DNA from: Octopus vulgaris
Taxonomy: Eukaryota
Assembly (NCBI GenBank): GCA_951406725.2
Contig: OX597822.1
Span: 2,480,001 to 2,544,000, forward strand
Direction of reading: 5' to 3'
Length of the DNA stretch: 64,000 nucleotides
The position numbers and the translations under genes were made by a program. Shown piece by piece: positions 39,239 to 53,280 of this stretch (position 1 is the first letter of the stretch; the number at the start of each line of letters is the position of its first letter). Below the pieces are notes generated by a model. The model was not told the DNA's origin, did not search any database, and worked only from the letters and a program-made list of their open reading frames with translations.

Positions 39239-39830
39239 TCTCTTATTATAAAAGGCAGATTTTATCTGCCTCCCTTTGGGAGTTATACAAATCTACAATA
39301 TAGGATTTCTTCAATTACAATTTACCTAGCAGTTTTAAGAGTACAATGCATCGCGTCATGCCAGGTCCAGTTTTTTAAATTTAAACTCCAATTAAGCAAA
39401 ATTTACAGAAAACTCACATTCTGGTGTGTGTGTCAAATGCTTTTCTTAGTCTGGTTTACACCACACGCAAACGCACACACACAGTGGGCAAGGAATAAAA
39501 TGAAAGTAATTCACTTACTGTAGTGAGTGATTCTTTCACTCTGCCTCCCACTTCCTCTTTACACACATAGAAAAAACTTTTATTTTTTTACATAAGTAAT
39601 GAGAGCGAAAGAGACTAAGAGAAAGCGATTGTATGACGAGGGAAGTTCCTTTGAAGTTACCGTGCATGGGACTCATTGATGTACATGTGTGTGTGTGTGT
39701 GTGTGTTTGATGGAGTGTGGGAGACAGACAGTATGTTGTGTAAGTGAAGTGCTTCTGTTAGTGTGTGTGAAGAGACAGAGAGAGTAATGTGTGAAAGAGA
39801 GAGATAACTGAAATTTTTTACTCGGTTTAT
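39239..39830 (+). mobile_element. Possible Helitron-type 5' segment
   Basis: Starts A|TCTCTTATTATAAAAGGCAG, resembling the TCTCTCTATATATAAACGGCAG start at 31930; no 3' end of its own seen. Confidence 0.35.
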
Positions 39831-39852
39831 GTGTATATGTATGTATGCATGT

Positions 39853-39884
<32 letters not shown>

Positions 39885-39901
39885 GTGTGTGTATGTATGT
39901 A

Positions 39902-40745
39902 TTTATATATAAAAGAAAGGTTGTGTGTCTGTCTACTCCGATTTAGATTCCTAACTACTCCCACATTTTGCGATGCAGTTTAACCAAAACCGGGTATCTT
40001 ATAGTCGTGATTCATATCGAGCCCTTCTGGGCATTAGCGCGCGTCTACGATGAGTCTATGATTTTACAAATAATTTACCATCATTTTTTTCCATTTTAAT
40101 GCATATTTTTAAAAATAAACGGAAGTAACTCTCAAACTTCACACCAATATGCGTGCTCATATGCGACGTAATATCACATCACCAGCATTTCCTCACACTC
40201 TCCTTGCACTTGGCGAAGGCAAAATACCAGGGGATGAAAATGGTAATATTGCCATCGATTCCATTTGTACCATTGTTAAGACGCCTTCTGATCTCAGAGA
40301 TGCAGTGTTCCCAGATTTACAAGCTAATTATCAGAATATGGATTGGATTGGCAAAAAGGCTATACTGGCCCCGAGGAATAAAACTGTTCACCATATTAAT
40401 GATGAAATGCTAAAACTCATTCCTGGGGAAGTCGATGTATATCAGTCTATCGATACAACTCCTGACCCAGAGGACGTCATCAACTATCCAATAGAGGTAC
40501 TCAATTCCTTTGAGCACCCCGGACTACCACCACACTTTCTCAAACTTAAAGTTAGTGCCCCTATAATGCTCATCAGAAATTTGGTTCCCCCAAAACAATG
40601 CAATGGCACACGTTTGGCGTTAAGTCCTTATCTCCCACTGTAAGCTTATTTCAATATTTGCCTGAATAATCATCATAATTCAGTGCAATCATTAACAGTA
40701 CTTTCAAGCAATTCAGCCCCGAGCAACGCCGGGCAATTCTGCTAG
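39902..40745 (+). mobile_element. Internally deleted Helitron
   Basis: TATATATAAAA-type 5' end, AATTTACCATCATTTTTTTCCATTTT motif shared with the 31930 element, 3' CCCGAGCAACGCCGGG hairpin plus CTAG|T. Confidence 0.82.
40134..40620 (+). pseudogene. Helitron Rep-Hel PIF1-like helicase fragment
   Basis: KLHTNMR...AILAPRNKTVHHIN...YPIEVLNSFEHPGLPPHFLKLKVSAPIMLIRNL...CNGTRL are Helitron helicase motifs; truncated at both ends. Confidence 0.88.
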
Positions 40746-40919
40746 TATGTTTATATAAACTCACATCTCCAGCAATTGTGGGTGCTATTTTGCGCAATCA
40801 TTTATATATATATGTACAATAAATAATATAATATTATATATATATGTGCATATATGGGTACAGGACTCACCAACAGTGCGAATAACATGAAATACGCTAA
40901 CAAACGAGGGAAAGAGGAG

Positions 40920-40951
<32 letters not shown>

Positions 40952-42080
40952 TGTATGTATGTATGTATGTATGTTGTATGTATGTATGGGATGATGGATG
41001 GATAGATCAAACCAGCTTGATTTAAAATAGTTGGTACTCCAAGTTTCAAGCGTGATGTTAATCCACAGCGATTTTGAATTTGAATGAGAGAAGTGGAATT
41101 GTTTTTACCGTAAGGTGGATTGCGATTGATCAAGGAAGGTCACACGGTGTCGCAATTTGAAGCTGGTAAATCAGTGACAACGCTTACTTTGAAAATCGAC
41201 TTCCTGTTCACCCTACGGGGTCGATTTTATCTTTCATTCTTTACGGATCGATAAAATAGTACCAGTTGAATAGTAACCCCTCTCCTAAAACTTCAGGCCA
41301 TGTGCCGTTTGTAGAAAGGATATATAGTCATGTTTTCGTTCTAGTTACGAATCTGCTTCTTTATTTATTAATTCTTCTCTTTCGATAAAATAATCAATCA
41401 ATCAACTCATACATCGATTTCTTACCGATGAGTAAAGAACTTCATTGCACTATATCTCCTGGTTTTAGTTTTAGAACTTAGTATACCTTAGTGATAAAAC
41501 TTCCTTTGCACGTGTAATCTGTTGTGCTTGGGGGTTAGTATAATTTCGTCGATCAATTTGGAACAGGCGTTAATAATTTTTTTTGAAGAATTTGTTTTAG
41601 GCTGTATGACGTAAACAGATTCCTGGGCTAAGTCTACAGGTTTCTTATTCAGAATTTATCTTAACGTTCAGCCAGGGAGAGATCAGCCGTTCCTATAATC
41701 CTTCTTTCTCTCTTTCTCTCTCTCTATCTCTCTCTCCCTCTCTTCTCCCTCTCTCGTTCTCTCTTAAAGTCTTCCTGGCAGGTAGGGTGAAGTCAGGAAT
41801 TTTTCTCCAAATCGGAGACTTGAGTTGAGTGTCTGCAATTATATCAAATCCGCTAACGGCATCATCAGAGAAACAGGCAATGGTGCTAACCGAGGAGAAT
41901 TATTTAAAGTACCAATTCTACCAAGTAACTTGTAGCCAGGGGATCCTCTATCTGCATTCAATTAGATACCTCAAGAAGCTGATTCTACAATAATTAGCGG
42001 CAGTAGAAATTAGTAGTCAAACACTGATTCTATATGAGTAGTACGACGTTGTTAAAATTACATACATACATACACACACA

Positions 42081-42151
<71 letters not shown>

Positions 42152-42531
42152 TCTTTCACTTGTTTCAGTGATTTGATTGCAACCATGCTGGAGCACTGCC
42201 TTGAAAGTCTTTAGTCGAATGAATCGAAACCAGGACTTATTTTTTAAGCTAAGTACTTGTTCTATCGGTCTCTTTTGCAGAACTACTCCGTTGCGGGGAC
42301 GTGAACACACCAAGACCGGTTGTCAAGCGGTGTTGGGGATCAAAGACACAAACACACACACGCACACAGATATATATATATAGGATGGGTTTCTTTCAGT
42401 TTGCACTCAGAAGGAACTAATCGACCCGAAACTGCAGCAGATAACACTTGCCCAAGGTGCTTCGCAGTGGGACTGAACCCGGAGCCATGTGGTTGGGAAG
42501 CAAGATTCTTTCCACACAGCCACGCCTGCAC
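42152..42531 (-). mobile_element. SINE family B, diverged
   Basis: Family B tail and head in reverse complement. Confidence 0.75.
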
Positions 42532-42560
42532 CTATATACATATATATATATATATAATAC

Positions 42561-42634
<74 letters not shown>

Positions 42635-42674
42635 CACACACATACCTACACACATATATATATATATATATAAG

Positions 42675-43577
42675 TAAGGTGCGATGGGTAAACTGTTGCC
42701 ATTTTATATTTTTTATTTCGCGCATGCGCATACTTTGTTTTGGATTTTGTCGATTACACAGTATAGTAAGGTCAGCTGGGTACCGTTTGTGATAAAAACA
42801 GCACCATGACACAATTCACTCTGCCAGACATTTGGAAACGACACGCTGTACTACTTGGCATTCGCGCCGAAGGCTCAATACTAACATTTCTGAGGGATTG
42901 GGTGACAATCTGGGTGTTTACCGTGTCCCCAAAACATGTACCGAGAGTGAGAAAAATCAAAAATCCACTCAACATCATGCTGTTTGGCGTGACGGCAACG
43001 TTGTGCTTCCATTTATCTTCCCACATGGCCTCGCACTCAACACGGAGGCCTACATCAACTACCTGTAGGAAGTAGTGCTGCTTTGGGTCAAGAGGGTGGT
43101 TGCTGGAAGAGCCTGGGTGGCTGCTGGAAGAGCCTATGTCTAACAACAGGACACTGCACCATGCCACACAAACAGGAGAACACTGTCATGGCTGTCAGAC
43201 AATTTCTGTGACCACATCACCCCTAACACCTGCCCACCTAACTCCCCAGACTGCAAACCGTTGATTATTATGTGTGGGGCGCAGTTGAGCGAGAGACTAA
43301 CAAAACTCCTTGTAACACTAAATATGAACTGAAGACAAGGATTATGGTATCATTCACCAACGTGAACATAGCGACTATCTAGAAGAGTCGCAGGAGATTA
43401 CGAAGTCGTCTGGAGGCCGTGGTTGAAGGCAATGGCGATTTTATTGAAGAAATTTACTCTTTAGTATTTCAAGATATTTTTATGTAATTTTGGTAAATAG
43501 ATCTGTTAAAATGAGATGTCAGTATTATTTTCAATTTTTGCATTATCTAGACAACAGTTTACTCACCGTACCCCGTA
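42675..43577 (+). mobile_element. Internally deleted Tc1/mariner element of the DD37D (maT) type
   Basis: Imperfect TIRs GGTGCGATGGGTAAACTGTTG / CAACAGTTTACTCACCGTACCCC; decayed frame QQDTAPCH...PPNSPDCKP(L)DYYVWG, giving 37 residues between the aspartates after repairing one frameshift; ends RLEAVVEGNGDFIE. Confidence 0.8.
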
Positions 43578-43639
43578 TATTATATGTATATATATATATG
43601 TATGTGTATATATATATATGTATGTATGTATATATATAT

Positions 43640-44665
43640 GTAACTATATATGTATATATGATTGCCTGTGCGTAACTATGTGTGTATATATGATGTTTGT
43701 ATATGTGTGCGATGTGTGCGATGAGTGCGTGTGTGAGTGTGTGCGCGTGCGTGTTACAGAGTGTATGAGTAGAATGAAATGCTTACCTATTTCCCAGCTT
43801 AATCAGCGAAGAAAGGAAAAATTTGTTGCTGGGTCTTAAAGGGTTGAAAATTTGGAACCTGCATTTTCCCCTTTTCCGTTTTAACATATGTTTTCTATTT
43901 AAAAAAAAACTCACACACACAAAAGTTCTCGTTGTAAAGGCAAAAGTAAACCAATGATTCGTTTATATAAGTTTTCGTTTATGTCATATTACAACTAAAT
44001 TTTTAAGTCTCATTCGAACTCATATAACATACTTTCTTGTTATGTCCCTATCTATGTAAGATCGCATGATTATAATAAAGATTTATACTTATCTAATAGT
44101 CGGTGAAATATTTCAATGCTGAAAGGATTATAGACAACGTTATCTATAAATCCAGTGTTGGTGTCTGCTGAGGCATTTAAACAAAAGCAAACTTGTGCCG
44201 TGTATTTATAAGAAAAGTCAGCACATTATGACGTCACAATAGAAGTAAAGCAAAATTTCCAATCAAAAAATGAGAAGAAATTAAATTCACCGATTTTAAT
44301 TACCTCCCTTTAATTTTCTGTATTGAAAAACCATGAGTGAAATGACATCATAATAGACTCACCCCTCCCCCAATTTTACAAAATGTTTTCCTTCTTGAAA
44401 ACATGGAAAATTATTAAAATATTTGGAATGCAGTGTTGTGAAAGTAATTTTTATTTAAAAGATGACAAAAGAAGAACATATAATTATAGTAATTGTTACT
44501 AATATTCATACCAAACCAGAAATTTGCGGGCGAGTCAGGGGTTAACTGATTCAATCAATTCTCGTTTTTGAGTCGTACAGTATTTGAACAACACGGAAAA
44601 GATGACAGGCAAAGTTGATAGCGGCATGATTTTTTTCACTCTTTATTTCATGTGTATGTGAGTAT

Positions 44666-44742
<77 letters not shown>

Positions 44743-44835
44743 TTATATGTATATATTTGTATATATATATACATACTACATATACATGAAATATACATAT
44801 ATGTATATATATACATGTATATATGTATATGTATT

Positions 44836-44868
<33 letters not shown>

Positions 44869-45848
44869 TAGTACGACTCACATACACATGAAATAAAGAT
44901 TGAATCAGTAACTCCTATCACTTTGCCGTCAAATTTCTGGTTTGGTATGAATATTAGTAACAATTACTATAATTATATGTTCTTCTTTTGTCATCTTTTA
45001 AATAAAAATTACTTTCACAACACTGCATTCCAAATATTTTAATAATTTTCCATGTTTTCAAGAAGGAAAACATTTTGTAAAATTGGGGGAGGGGTGAGTC
45101 TATTATGATGTCATTTCACTCATGGTTTTTCAATACAGAAAATTAAAGGGAGGTAATTAAAATCGGTGAATTTAATTTCTTCTCATTTTTTGATTGGAAA
45201 TTTTGCTTTACTTCTATTGTGACGTCATAATGTGCTGACTTTTCTTATAAATACACGGCACAAGTTTGCTTTTGTTTAAATGCCTCAGCAGACACCAACA
45301 CTGGATTTATAGATAACGTTGTCTATAATCCTTTCAGCATTGAAATATTTCACCGACTATTAGATAAGTATAAATCTTTATTATAATCATGCGATCTTAC
45401 ATAGATAGGGACGTAACAAGAAAGTATGTTATATGAGTTCGAATGAGACTTAAAAATTTAGTTGTAATATGACATAAACGAAAACTTATATAAACGAATC
45501 ATTGGTTTACTTTTGCCTTTACAACGAGAACTTTTGTGTGTGTGAGTTTTTTTTTAAATAGAAAACATATGTTAAAACGGAAAAGGGGAAAATGCAGGTT
45601 CCAAATTTTCAACCCTTTAAGGCCCAGCAACAAATTTTTCCTTTCTTCGATGATTAAGCTGAGAAATAGGTAAGCATTTCATTCTACTCATACACTCAGT
45701 AACACGCACGCACGCGCACACACGCACGCACGCGCACACACGCACGCACGCGCACACACGCACGCACGCGCACACACGCACACAGATACAAACATCATAT
45801 ATACACACATAGTTACGCACAGGTAATCATGTATACATATATAGTTAC
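43640..45848. repeat. Inverted duplication with arms of about 1 kb around a TA-rich centre
   Basis: 43751-44526 is the reverse complement of 44930-45705 (776 bp each, few substitutions); weaker similarity extends outward and inward. Confidence 0.9.
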
Positions 45849-46017
45849 ACACACAAACATACAATTTCTTGTAACAATCTGTATCGATCTTGATAAGTAA
45901 CTGTATTCATGTGGTAGGCGTACCCGTTGTTTAATATAGGGAACCCTTTGAATTACAAAGTTGTTGATTAATATTTTTTTAAATGCTTTCCATAGGGACA
46001 TCCCTAGAAGAAACGAA

Positions 46018-46753
46018 TACAGGGTGTTCGGGTAAAAGTTGTATAAATGGGAAATTTAAAAAATATCCGAAAAAGGAAAGTATTAAAAAAAAAATTCAAC
46101 TAAATTATGGATAGGAGATAACAGTTTATGCAAAGTATCCGACCTCAGCTTCCACCACGGCCTCAAGACTGCTCTGGAACCTGGTCCAAGCGTTCCTCAC
46201 TGTGTCCCTTGGAAGATCTTCGAATACCTTTTTGATCTTGGTCATTAACTTGCTCTTGGTGCAGCAGGAAGAGCAGTTGATGTCTTTCTCAACTGCGCCC
46301 CTCACATAGTAAATCCATGGGATTACAGTAGGGGCAGTTAGGAGGCCAGAAATTCTCCGACAACCACTTCCGACTTTTTTAGGAGGTATACCAAGAAGTG
46401 GAATCCTGCTGCTATATATATGGCCGTCATGGGGCAACTCTCACCAGCTAGGGATTGAACACAGTCTCCAGCAGCTTCACCCGTTTTAATTGAGCTAAGG
46501 GCCTATTCAAAGATGAGGTGATAAACTCTGGCGTGCGGACGCAGTCAGAAACACCTGTGTCCCTTCATGCAGACCACGGCTCTGTCTCCATTCAAAGAGC
46601 ATTGAACAGTAGTCCTGATGTCGGAATTTTGATACCCGACGTAAATCATGATACAGCAGCAACGTTAATCCTTATGCTCTCAAACGCCGTTGACTGTTCC
46701 CCAATACACCAAGCTATTCCTAAACTTGTCAAATTTAACTCGAACACCCTATA
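46018..46753 (-). mobile_element. Internally deleted maT-like Tc1/mariner element
   Basis: TIRs TACAGGGTGTTCGGGT / AACTCGAACACCCTATA; minus-strand YYVRGAVEKDIN...RFQSSLEAVVEAEVGYF resembles the C-terminus of the 42675 element. Confidence 0.75.
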
Positions 46754-47135
46754 GACTTTAAAGCTGGAAGCAAACTGTCCTTCTCCTTCGTGTGTAGTAT
46801 CCGATGAATCGCATAACTGTTACTCCCAACGTTAGTGCAGCTCCATACTTCGCGAGAGAGGCAAATAAAATTCGTTTCGGGTTTCATCTCGTTTTGGTTA
46901 TAGTGGGTGATTTGTTGACGTCAGTCTACTTAGTGTTGGGAGGGATACTCTCTGTGATAGACAGAAATAATGGTTGCACTTATAATGACACCACAGAAAG
47001 TTACTTTCGATACAGGCTGCTACACTCATTTGTATATTAGTTATTGCAGACGTCATTCTCAATTATTAAATTTCATTAAATTCTCGATATCAAATCGACA
47101 TTTTAATCTTTTTTTACGAAGTTAAACATCATACA

Positions 47136-48020
47136 TATTGGGTTGGTCCAAAAGTCTGTTCAGTTTTTAAGCGAAATCAAGAGATTTTAAATCCAAAGCG
47201 GTTTATACAATCAATGATATAATTACTGTTTTGTTCCAGTAACTTCTGCCATCTTGTGGGCAGATCCGTTATTTTCTGCTCCTTAAGTTTCCTGTCTTTA
47301 CTGGCGAAAAACTCTAGGTGAATTTTTATTCATATTTAAATGTGTCCAGTGACACATATTATTGAAGTCAAACAGGTGAAGATCTGAAGGTGTAAGGCCA
47401 GGCAAATATGAAAGGTGTAGCAAAACTTGCCGGCTAAAACTCAGAAACTTCTACCGAAGTAGAAGTTTGCAGCCTGTCATTGTCGTTAGGGAAGACAATA
47501 GCCTTACAATAAGCAAATAATAGACGCTTCTGAGGGATCCCTGCACTTCAGTTGTCCAGCGAGTCGCAGTACACATCCGAATCGATGGTACGGACTGTGG
47601 GAAGAAGCTCGTAAACGATAACACCTTTCCAATCCCACTAAATTGAAAGTGTAACCTTCTTCAGGTGTAGTCCTACTTTTGGAGGTTGTTTGTGGTGGTT
47701 CATCGCGCTTTCTTCGTGGTCGTTTGCGCTTCATATTGTTATAAATGATCCATTTTAATCCCCTGTCAGATTCTCTTCAAAAAAGATCGTTTTCCTCACG
47801 TTTCTGCGACGAATAGCAGATAAAAATCTGTTGGTTGAGGTTAGCGTCATTCAATTGATGTGGGAACTGAACATCGGACCTGCGGATGCGACCAAGTTGA
47901 GGCAGATGCTTTTCAATATTTGATTTGGATATTTGTAGAATGTGTGCAACCATCCTGGTCATATAACGAGGATTGGTGGCGACTCTTTCATTTTGTTGCT
48001 ATTTATCGCAGTTGGCCGGC
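47136..48020 (-). mobile_element. Old decayed mariner element
   Basis: TIR-like TATTGGGTTGGTCCAAAAGT; minus frames give ISKSNIEKHL..LG....FPHQL (WVPHEL-like), KWIIYNN, LHLKKVTLSI*WDWKGVIVYELL and NDN. Confidence 0.75.
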
Positions 48021-48375
48021 CAGAGTGGCGTAGTGCAGAAAACCTGGGGGTTCTAACCAGAAACCAACTACTAAAGTATTACAAAAGAATAATTTAGGAA
48101 ATAAATTTTTAGAAATTTATTCTGATTGAAATAATTTACTCCCACCCAACCACTTGTGTCTGTATGCTTGTGTGTGTGTCTGTGTGTATAAATGTTTATT
48201 TTTTTTCTTTTACTAGTGTCGGTTATTATACAACACCCACAATGAAGCAACCAAAACGTTTTCGGTACTCAACCTCTCCGTAATTTTTCAATTTCAGTTT
48301 GCTACTTATTTTTCTTCTTAATTTATCGAACCACCAAACTACAGGCGATAGAAACACAAACTTAAATTAAAACGG

Positions 48376-48408
<33 letters not shown>

Positions 48409-48440
48409 ATGTGTGTGTGTGTGTGCGCGCGTATCTTTAT

Positions 48441-48660
48441 ATCTGTGTTTGTCCTTCACCAGCACTTGACAACCGGTGTTAGTGTTTTTACGTCCCCGTA
48501 AAGACACGGTTCGCGCGTGTACGTCTCTGAAGGCGGTATTAGTCCCACGGTCTGTGTTTGTCCTTTACTACCACTTGACAACCGGTGTTGGTGTGTTTAC
48601 GTCCCCGTAAACACACGGTTCCCGCGTATACGTCAGTGAAGGCTGTATTAATAATCCCAC
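48441..48660 (+). repeat. Tandem duplication of about 110 bp containing a SINE family B internal segment
   Basis: TCTGTGTTTGTCCTT...CTTGACAACCGGTGTT.GTGT.TTTACGTCCCCGTAAA.ACACGGTTC occurs twice. Confidence 0.75.
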
Positions 48661-50416
48661 AGTACAGAGAACCCAACTGTGGTGTGACGCAGGAGGAGCT
48701 AAGCTCAGAGTTAACTCTGCTCCTGAAACCTCTCCGTGCTGTCGCAAGCATTTGGTCCACTCAGGCTAACAGAACATCGTCGTTTAAAGGTGACTCAGGT
48801 TAACATGAAGTGGGTCCAGTTCATGAGGATGGAGTAAACGTTTCAATCTTGGAAGCAAAAATGGTATTGTTCTTGGCGTCTAGATAACAAGCCCTGATTC
48901 ATGCTGGTGAAGAGAGCAGTGAATCTTCCCTACACTGCGAGCAGCACGTCTAATAAGAATCTTCAGCCCAGGAAGTCAGCTGAAGATATCGGAGGCAATT
49001 TAAGGAGGAAACTGAGGGAAACTGAGATACTTATGCAGAAGTGGGGCATCCTTCTGCAAGTATCTCGTGCTCTTGTGGGGAACTGAGTGACATAGAAATC
49101 AGAGTTTGAGAAACGAGCTGCTTTGTGCATATGTGGGTTTGCGATACTGTTACTGAGGAAGAAATGTAGTCGTCAATTCATCTCCTATAAATCTGAGATC
49201 GTCAAACTCCCTGGAAAAAATTTCAGGTATGAGTTCACAGACTAAATTCTAGGCTAATTGAAGTCTTTGATTAATCGCCTGCATCAGCTCTGGAATTCTG
49301 TTGAAAAGTGCCTAGCTAAGAAGCGGTCCAGAAGCTGGTCAGAAAGCAAGATGTTCACCACCAAAACAGAGTGGAGTACCTTACAAGGTATACAAGTAAT
49401 GTGTAAGGGTATTCCACAAGTTCTGTTACATGTTCAAGGTGATTTGGAGGAGGAGCAAGTCGGTTTATCAGTAGGGCTCTACAGGAAAAAGAAAAGCAAC
49501 TCTCTTCGACCAATCAGTTCAGAATCATCAAATTATTCAGTGTTGAGGAGTGGAGTGATTCCGCAGCATTGTTGCGTAATACCCCAAAGAAGCAACATGA
49601 GATTCACTTATACTGAATCCCCGGTTCAGAAAGCAGAAATCCTGCAGGTACCTTGGGACCTGCAGAAATGTCAATCTGTATATTGATAACCTCAGTCAGC
49701 TACCAGTAGGAAGAATACGTAACGATCTGTTCCGAGAAAATGCCTGAATGCTTTGAGTCTATACATGTCGTTGTTCAGTTTTATTTTACAACTTCTAACC
49801 AATAAAGAGCCGGTTTCTAACCTAGATCCAAGGCTCCTTCAATTAGAATTTCGACACCAAAAGGATATTTTTGTATGTATGTGCGTATACGTGCAGTATT
49901 TGGAGTCAGTGTATGTGCAGAGTTGTATGTTTTGTTGTTTGTATGTATTCTCATGCATATAGTTGCATGTCTAGACATGCGCATATATACTTAAATTAAT
50001 ACCTTCTGGAAAGTTTTACAGATTTTTACAGTTTTAGTGATGGCTTGAATTTGTAGTCTTTGAATCAGCTTTCTCCCCTCTGGTTTTGAGAAGTATAATT
50101 TCTCAAGATTAGTACTTAGGCAGTGTGTTACATATCCCAGTGTCTCAATGTATGTATGTATATGTCTGAGCCTGTGTCTGCGTGTCTATGTATGTATGTA
50201 TGCATGTATGTATGATGTATGTATGCATGCATGTATGTATGTATGTACTACGCACGTACATACATATACAGGAAACTGAAAAGAGGACAGCGGTACCGAA
50301 ATCCCTCCTATACCAAAAAGCAATAACATAGAATTGGCCAGCTAAAAGGTGATTACACTGCCGGTGCCCCAGCATGGCCACAGCCTCGGGGATGAAACAT
50401 ATAAAAGATTAAAAGA

Positions 50417-50508
<92 letters not shown>

Positions 50509-51666
50509 GCCTATGTTTATATACAGAGAGAATGAGAGAGAAAGAGAGAAACCTGCATACAAATACGAACATGCATATATAAATATGTAAAAATATACAT
50601 GTAGATGTGTGTGTGTGTGTGCGTGCGTGCGTGCGTATATACATATACATTAAAGCGCGTATATAGATTAAAGCATAGGCACAACCATACATACTGACAC
50701 ACATACACAGAGAAACACACACACACACACACGTACACACACGTTCATACATAAACATAAATTAATGCTGTGAGAAGCAGGATTCATTGAAGCTTATCTG
50801 ACGGCTATTCGCAAGCCTAATGTTATCTTACTTTAATGAAGCCAGCGTGAAACAGAGGCTGCGACCTCGTTTCCATTGTCTGGTAAAGTCAGTCCACTTC
50901 ATTTACAACGCTTAATGATCTCGAGCGAGCCATGAGCGTCACTCCATCTGTCAGTCTACCATATTTCTTATTACCTTCCTTGTACTTCCTTGTTGCTTCT
51001 TTGTGACTCAGTTAGAAATCAATACATGCTATGATGTTCTTTCAAGTAGAAACCTGCGAACTTGTCAGTGACGAATGCAGGCACCCTATGGAGGGGAAGC
51101 AGGTGTATTTAATAGGGGAAGATTAAGCAGATGTGCTTAATAAAGGGGAAAAAAAAACTCTCTCAAATATATATATATACAAATCAGATCTTAACCCAAA
51201 ACTACATAAGTACAGGTGTTTAAATAAGGGCTTCTGGAAAGTACAAATCGTTAATTAAAAAGGGTCAAGGAGGCATAATGAATCATGCTGTTAAAAGAAC
51301 ACTTTGTGAAGGTGGTAGATTTTTTTAATCAAGCGCAGATGACGTGTGAGAGCGCGTGTGTACACGAATGATTTCTTCTTCTAAATCGCTCTCCCACTCT
51401 ATCATTTTTCCTCTCTCTCTCTCTCTCCCTATCTCCCAAATGTGTCTATTCTATCTGTTTCTCTTTCATGTTGCGCATGCGTGTATTTGTAGTTTGTGTA
51501 TGTGTGTGATCTTGTGTGTGTGTGTATGTGTGTGTGTGTGTTCCCTTGGTTTTGTAATATGTTTATTTTTTTTTATTAGGTTTGTAAATGTTATGCTTTG
51601 TGTGTTGATGGGTGCTCACGTGTGTCTTATCCCGCACGTGTGTATGTCAGTTTCTGACGAAATGTA

Positions 51667-51953
51667 GGCGCAGGCATGGCTGGAGTGGTTAGAAGCTTGC
51701 TTCTTAACCACATAGTTCCGAGTTCAGTCCCACTGCGTGGCACCTTGGGCAAGCGTCTTTTACTATAACCAGAAACCGACCAAAGTCTTGGGCGTGGATT
51801 TGGTTGACGCAAACTGAAAAGAAGCCTGTCGTATACACACATACATACATACATATATATATATATACTTTGCATGTACCACATCCTCGTGTTGTTTTTT
51901 CTTCGTTTTTTTTTTATTAATTATATATATATATAAATATATATATATGTATG

Positions 51954-52003
<50 letters not shown>

Positions 52004-52081
52004 CATATATCTATACATATATATACATATATATATATACACATATATCTATCTATCTATCTATCTATCTAACTATCTATC

Positions 52082-52117
<36 letters not shown>

Positions 52118-52290
52118 TTGCTTGACAATCAGTGTTAGTGTGTTTACATCCTCCTAATTTAGCAGTTCGGCAAAAAAGAACGATAGGATAAGTACCAGTC
52201 TTACAAAGAATAAGTCATGGGGATGATTTCTTCGATGAAAAGGTGGTGCTCCAGCATGGCTGCAGTCAAATGACTGAAACAAGTAAAAGG
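51667..52290 (+). mobile_element. SINE family B with expanded internal TA tract
   Basis: GGCGCAGGCATGGCTGGAGTGG head, CORE-like GGCACCTTGGGCAAG, tail GGTGCTCCAGCATGGCTGCAGTCAAATGACTGAAAC. Confidence 0.8.
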
Positions 52291-52473
52291 ATGAAAGAAT
52301 GTGTGTGTGTGTTGATTCCCCCATGTCTCTCTCTCATTCTCTCCCCCCTCTCCCTCTCTCTGCTGGTGAATGTTTGTTCGGGTTTATTTACGTGTACTCA
52401 TGTTTTTTTTGTATTTTATATAAGTAAAAATGTGTGTCTAAAACTTGGTCGTATGTGAACGTTTAGGTATGGA

Positions 52474-52677
52474 AGGCGGCGAGCTGGCAGAAACGTTAGC
52501 ACGCCGGGCGAAATGCTTAGTGGTATTTCGTCTGCCGTTACGTTCTGAGTTCAAATTCCGCCAAGGTCGACTTTGCCTTTCATACTTTAGGGGTCGATTA
52601 AATAAGTACCAGTTAGGCACTGGGGTCGATATAATCGACTTAATCCGCTTGTCTGTCCTTGTTTGTCTTCTCTGTGT
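52474..52677 (+). mobile_element. SINE family A
   Basis: Close to the family consensus. Confidence 0.85.
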
Positions 52678-53280
52678 GACAGGAAAGATAAGTATGTGTA
52701 TCTGAGAGAGGTGGGAGGGAGTGTGAGCCTGTGAAAGTGACTGGCAGTGAGATGAATACAAAGGGATTGTGCTTGTCTGTTTGTGAGAGGGGTGTGTGGG
52801 AATATAGTGCTTTCAGTATGAGAGGAAAAGTGTATGAGAGAGAGAGAAAGAAAGAAAGGAGAGAGAGACTAGAGAAGAGGAGAGAAGAGAGATGGAATGA
52901 GAGAAGAGAGAGGAGAAAGAGAAAGAGAAGAGATGGAAATAAGTGAGAGAGAAATTAGAGACAGGAGAAAGAAAAGAAGAAGAAGAAAAAGAAAGAAGAA
53001 AGAAGAAGAAGAAGAAGAATGAAGAAAGAAGAAGAAGAAGAAGAAGAGAGAGTGTGTATGTGTGATATGAGCGTGTGATGTGAAGAGAGAGAGAGTATGT
53101 GTGTGATATGAGCGTGTGATGGGAGTGCGTGCATCTGAGAGTATGTATTATTCATTTTTACATTCTATGCTATTTGAGCTGTTTGAAGGCGATTTGCTGG
53201 TAGAATCATTAACACAACGGGCAAAATGTTTTCCAGCATTTAGTCCAACCATAACATTCTGAGTTCACATTTCGCCGAAG

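Noticed and set aside
38837-39523. 228-aa ORF
   Set aside because: It runs through an antisense SINE B copy into an unrelated repeat; a chance open frame.
49803-49850. Minus-strand AGCCT/AGGTT hairpin followed by GAAACCGG
   Set aside because: No recognisable CUGANGA and no stem I.
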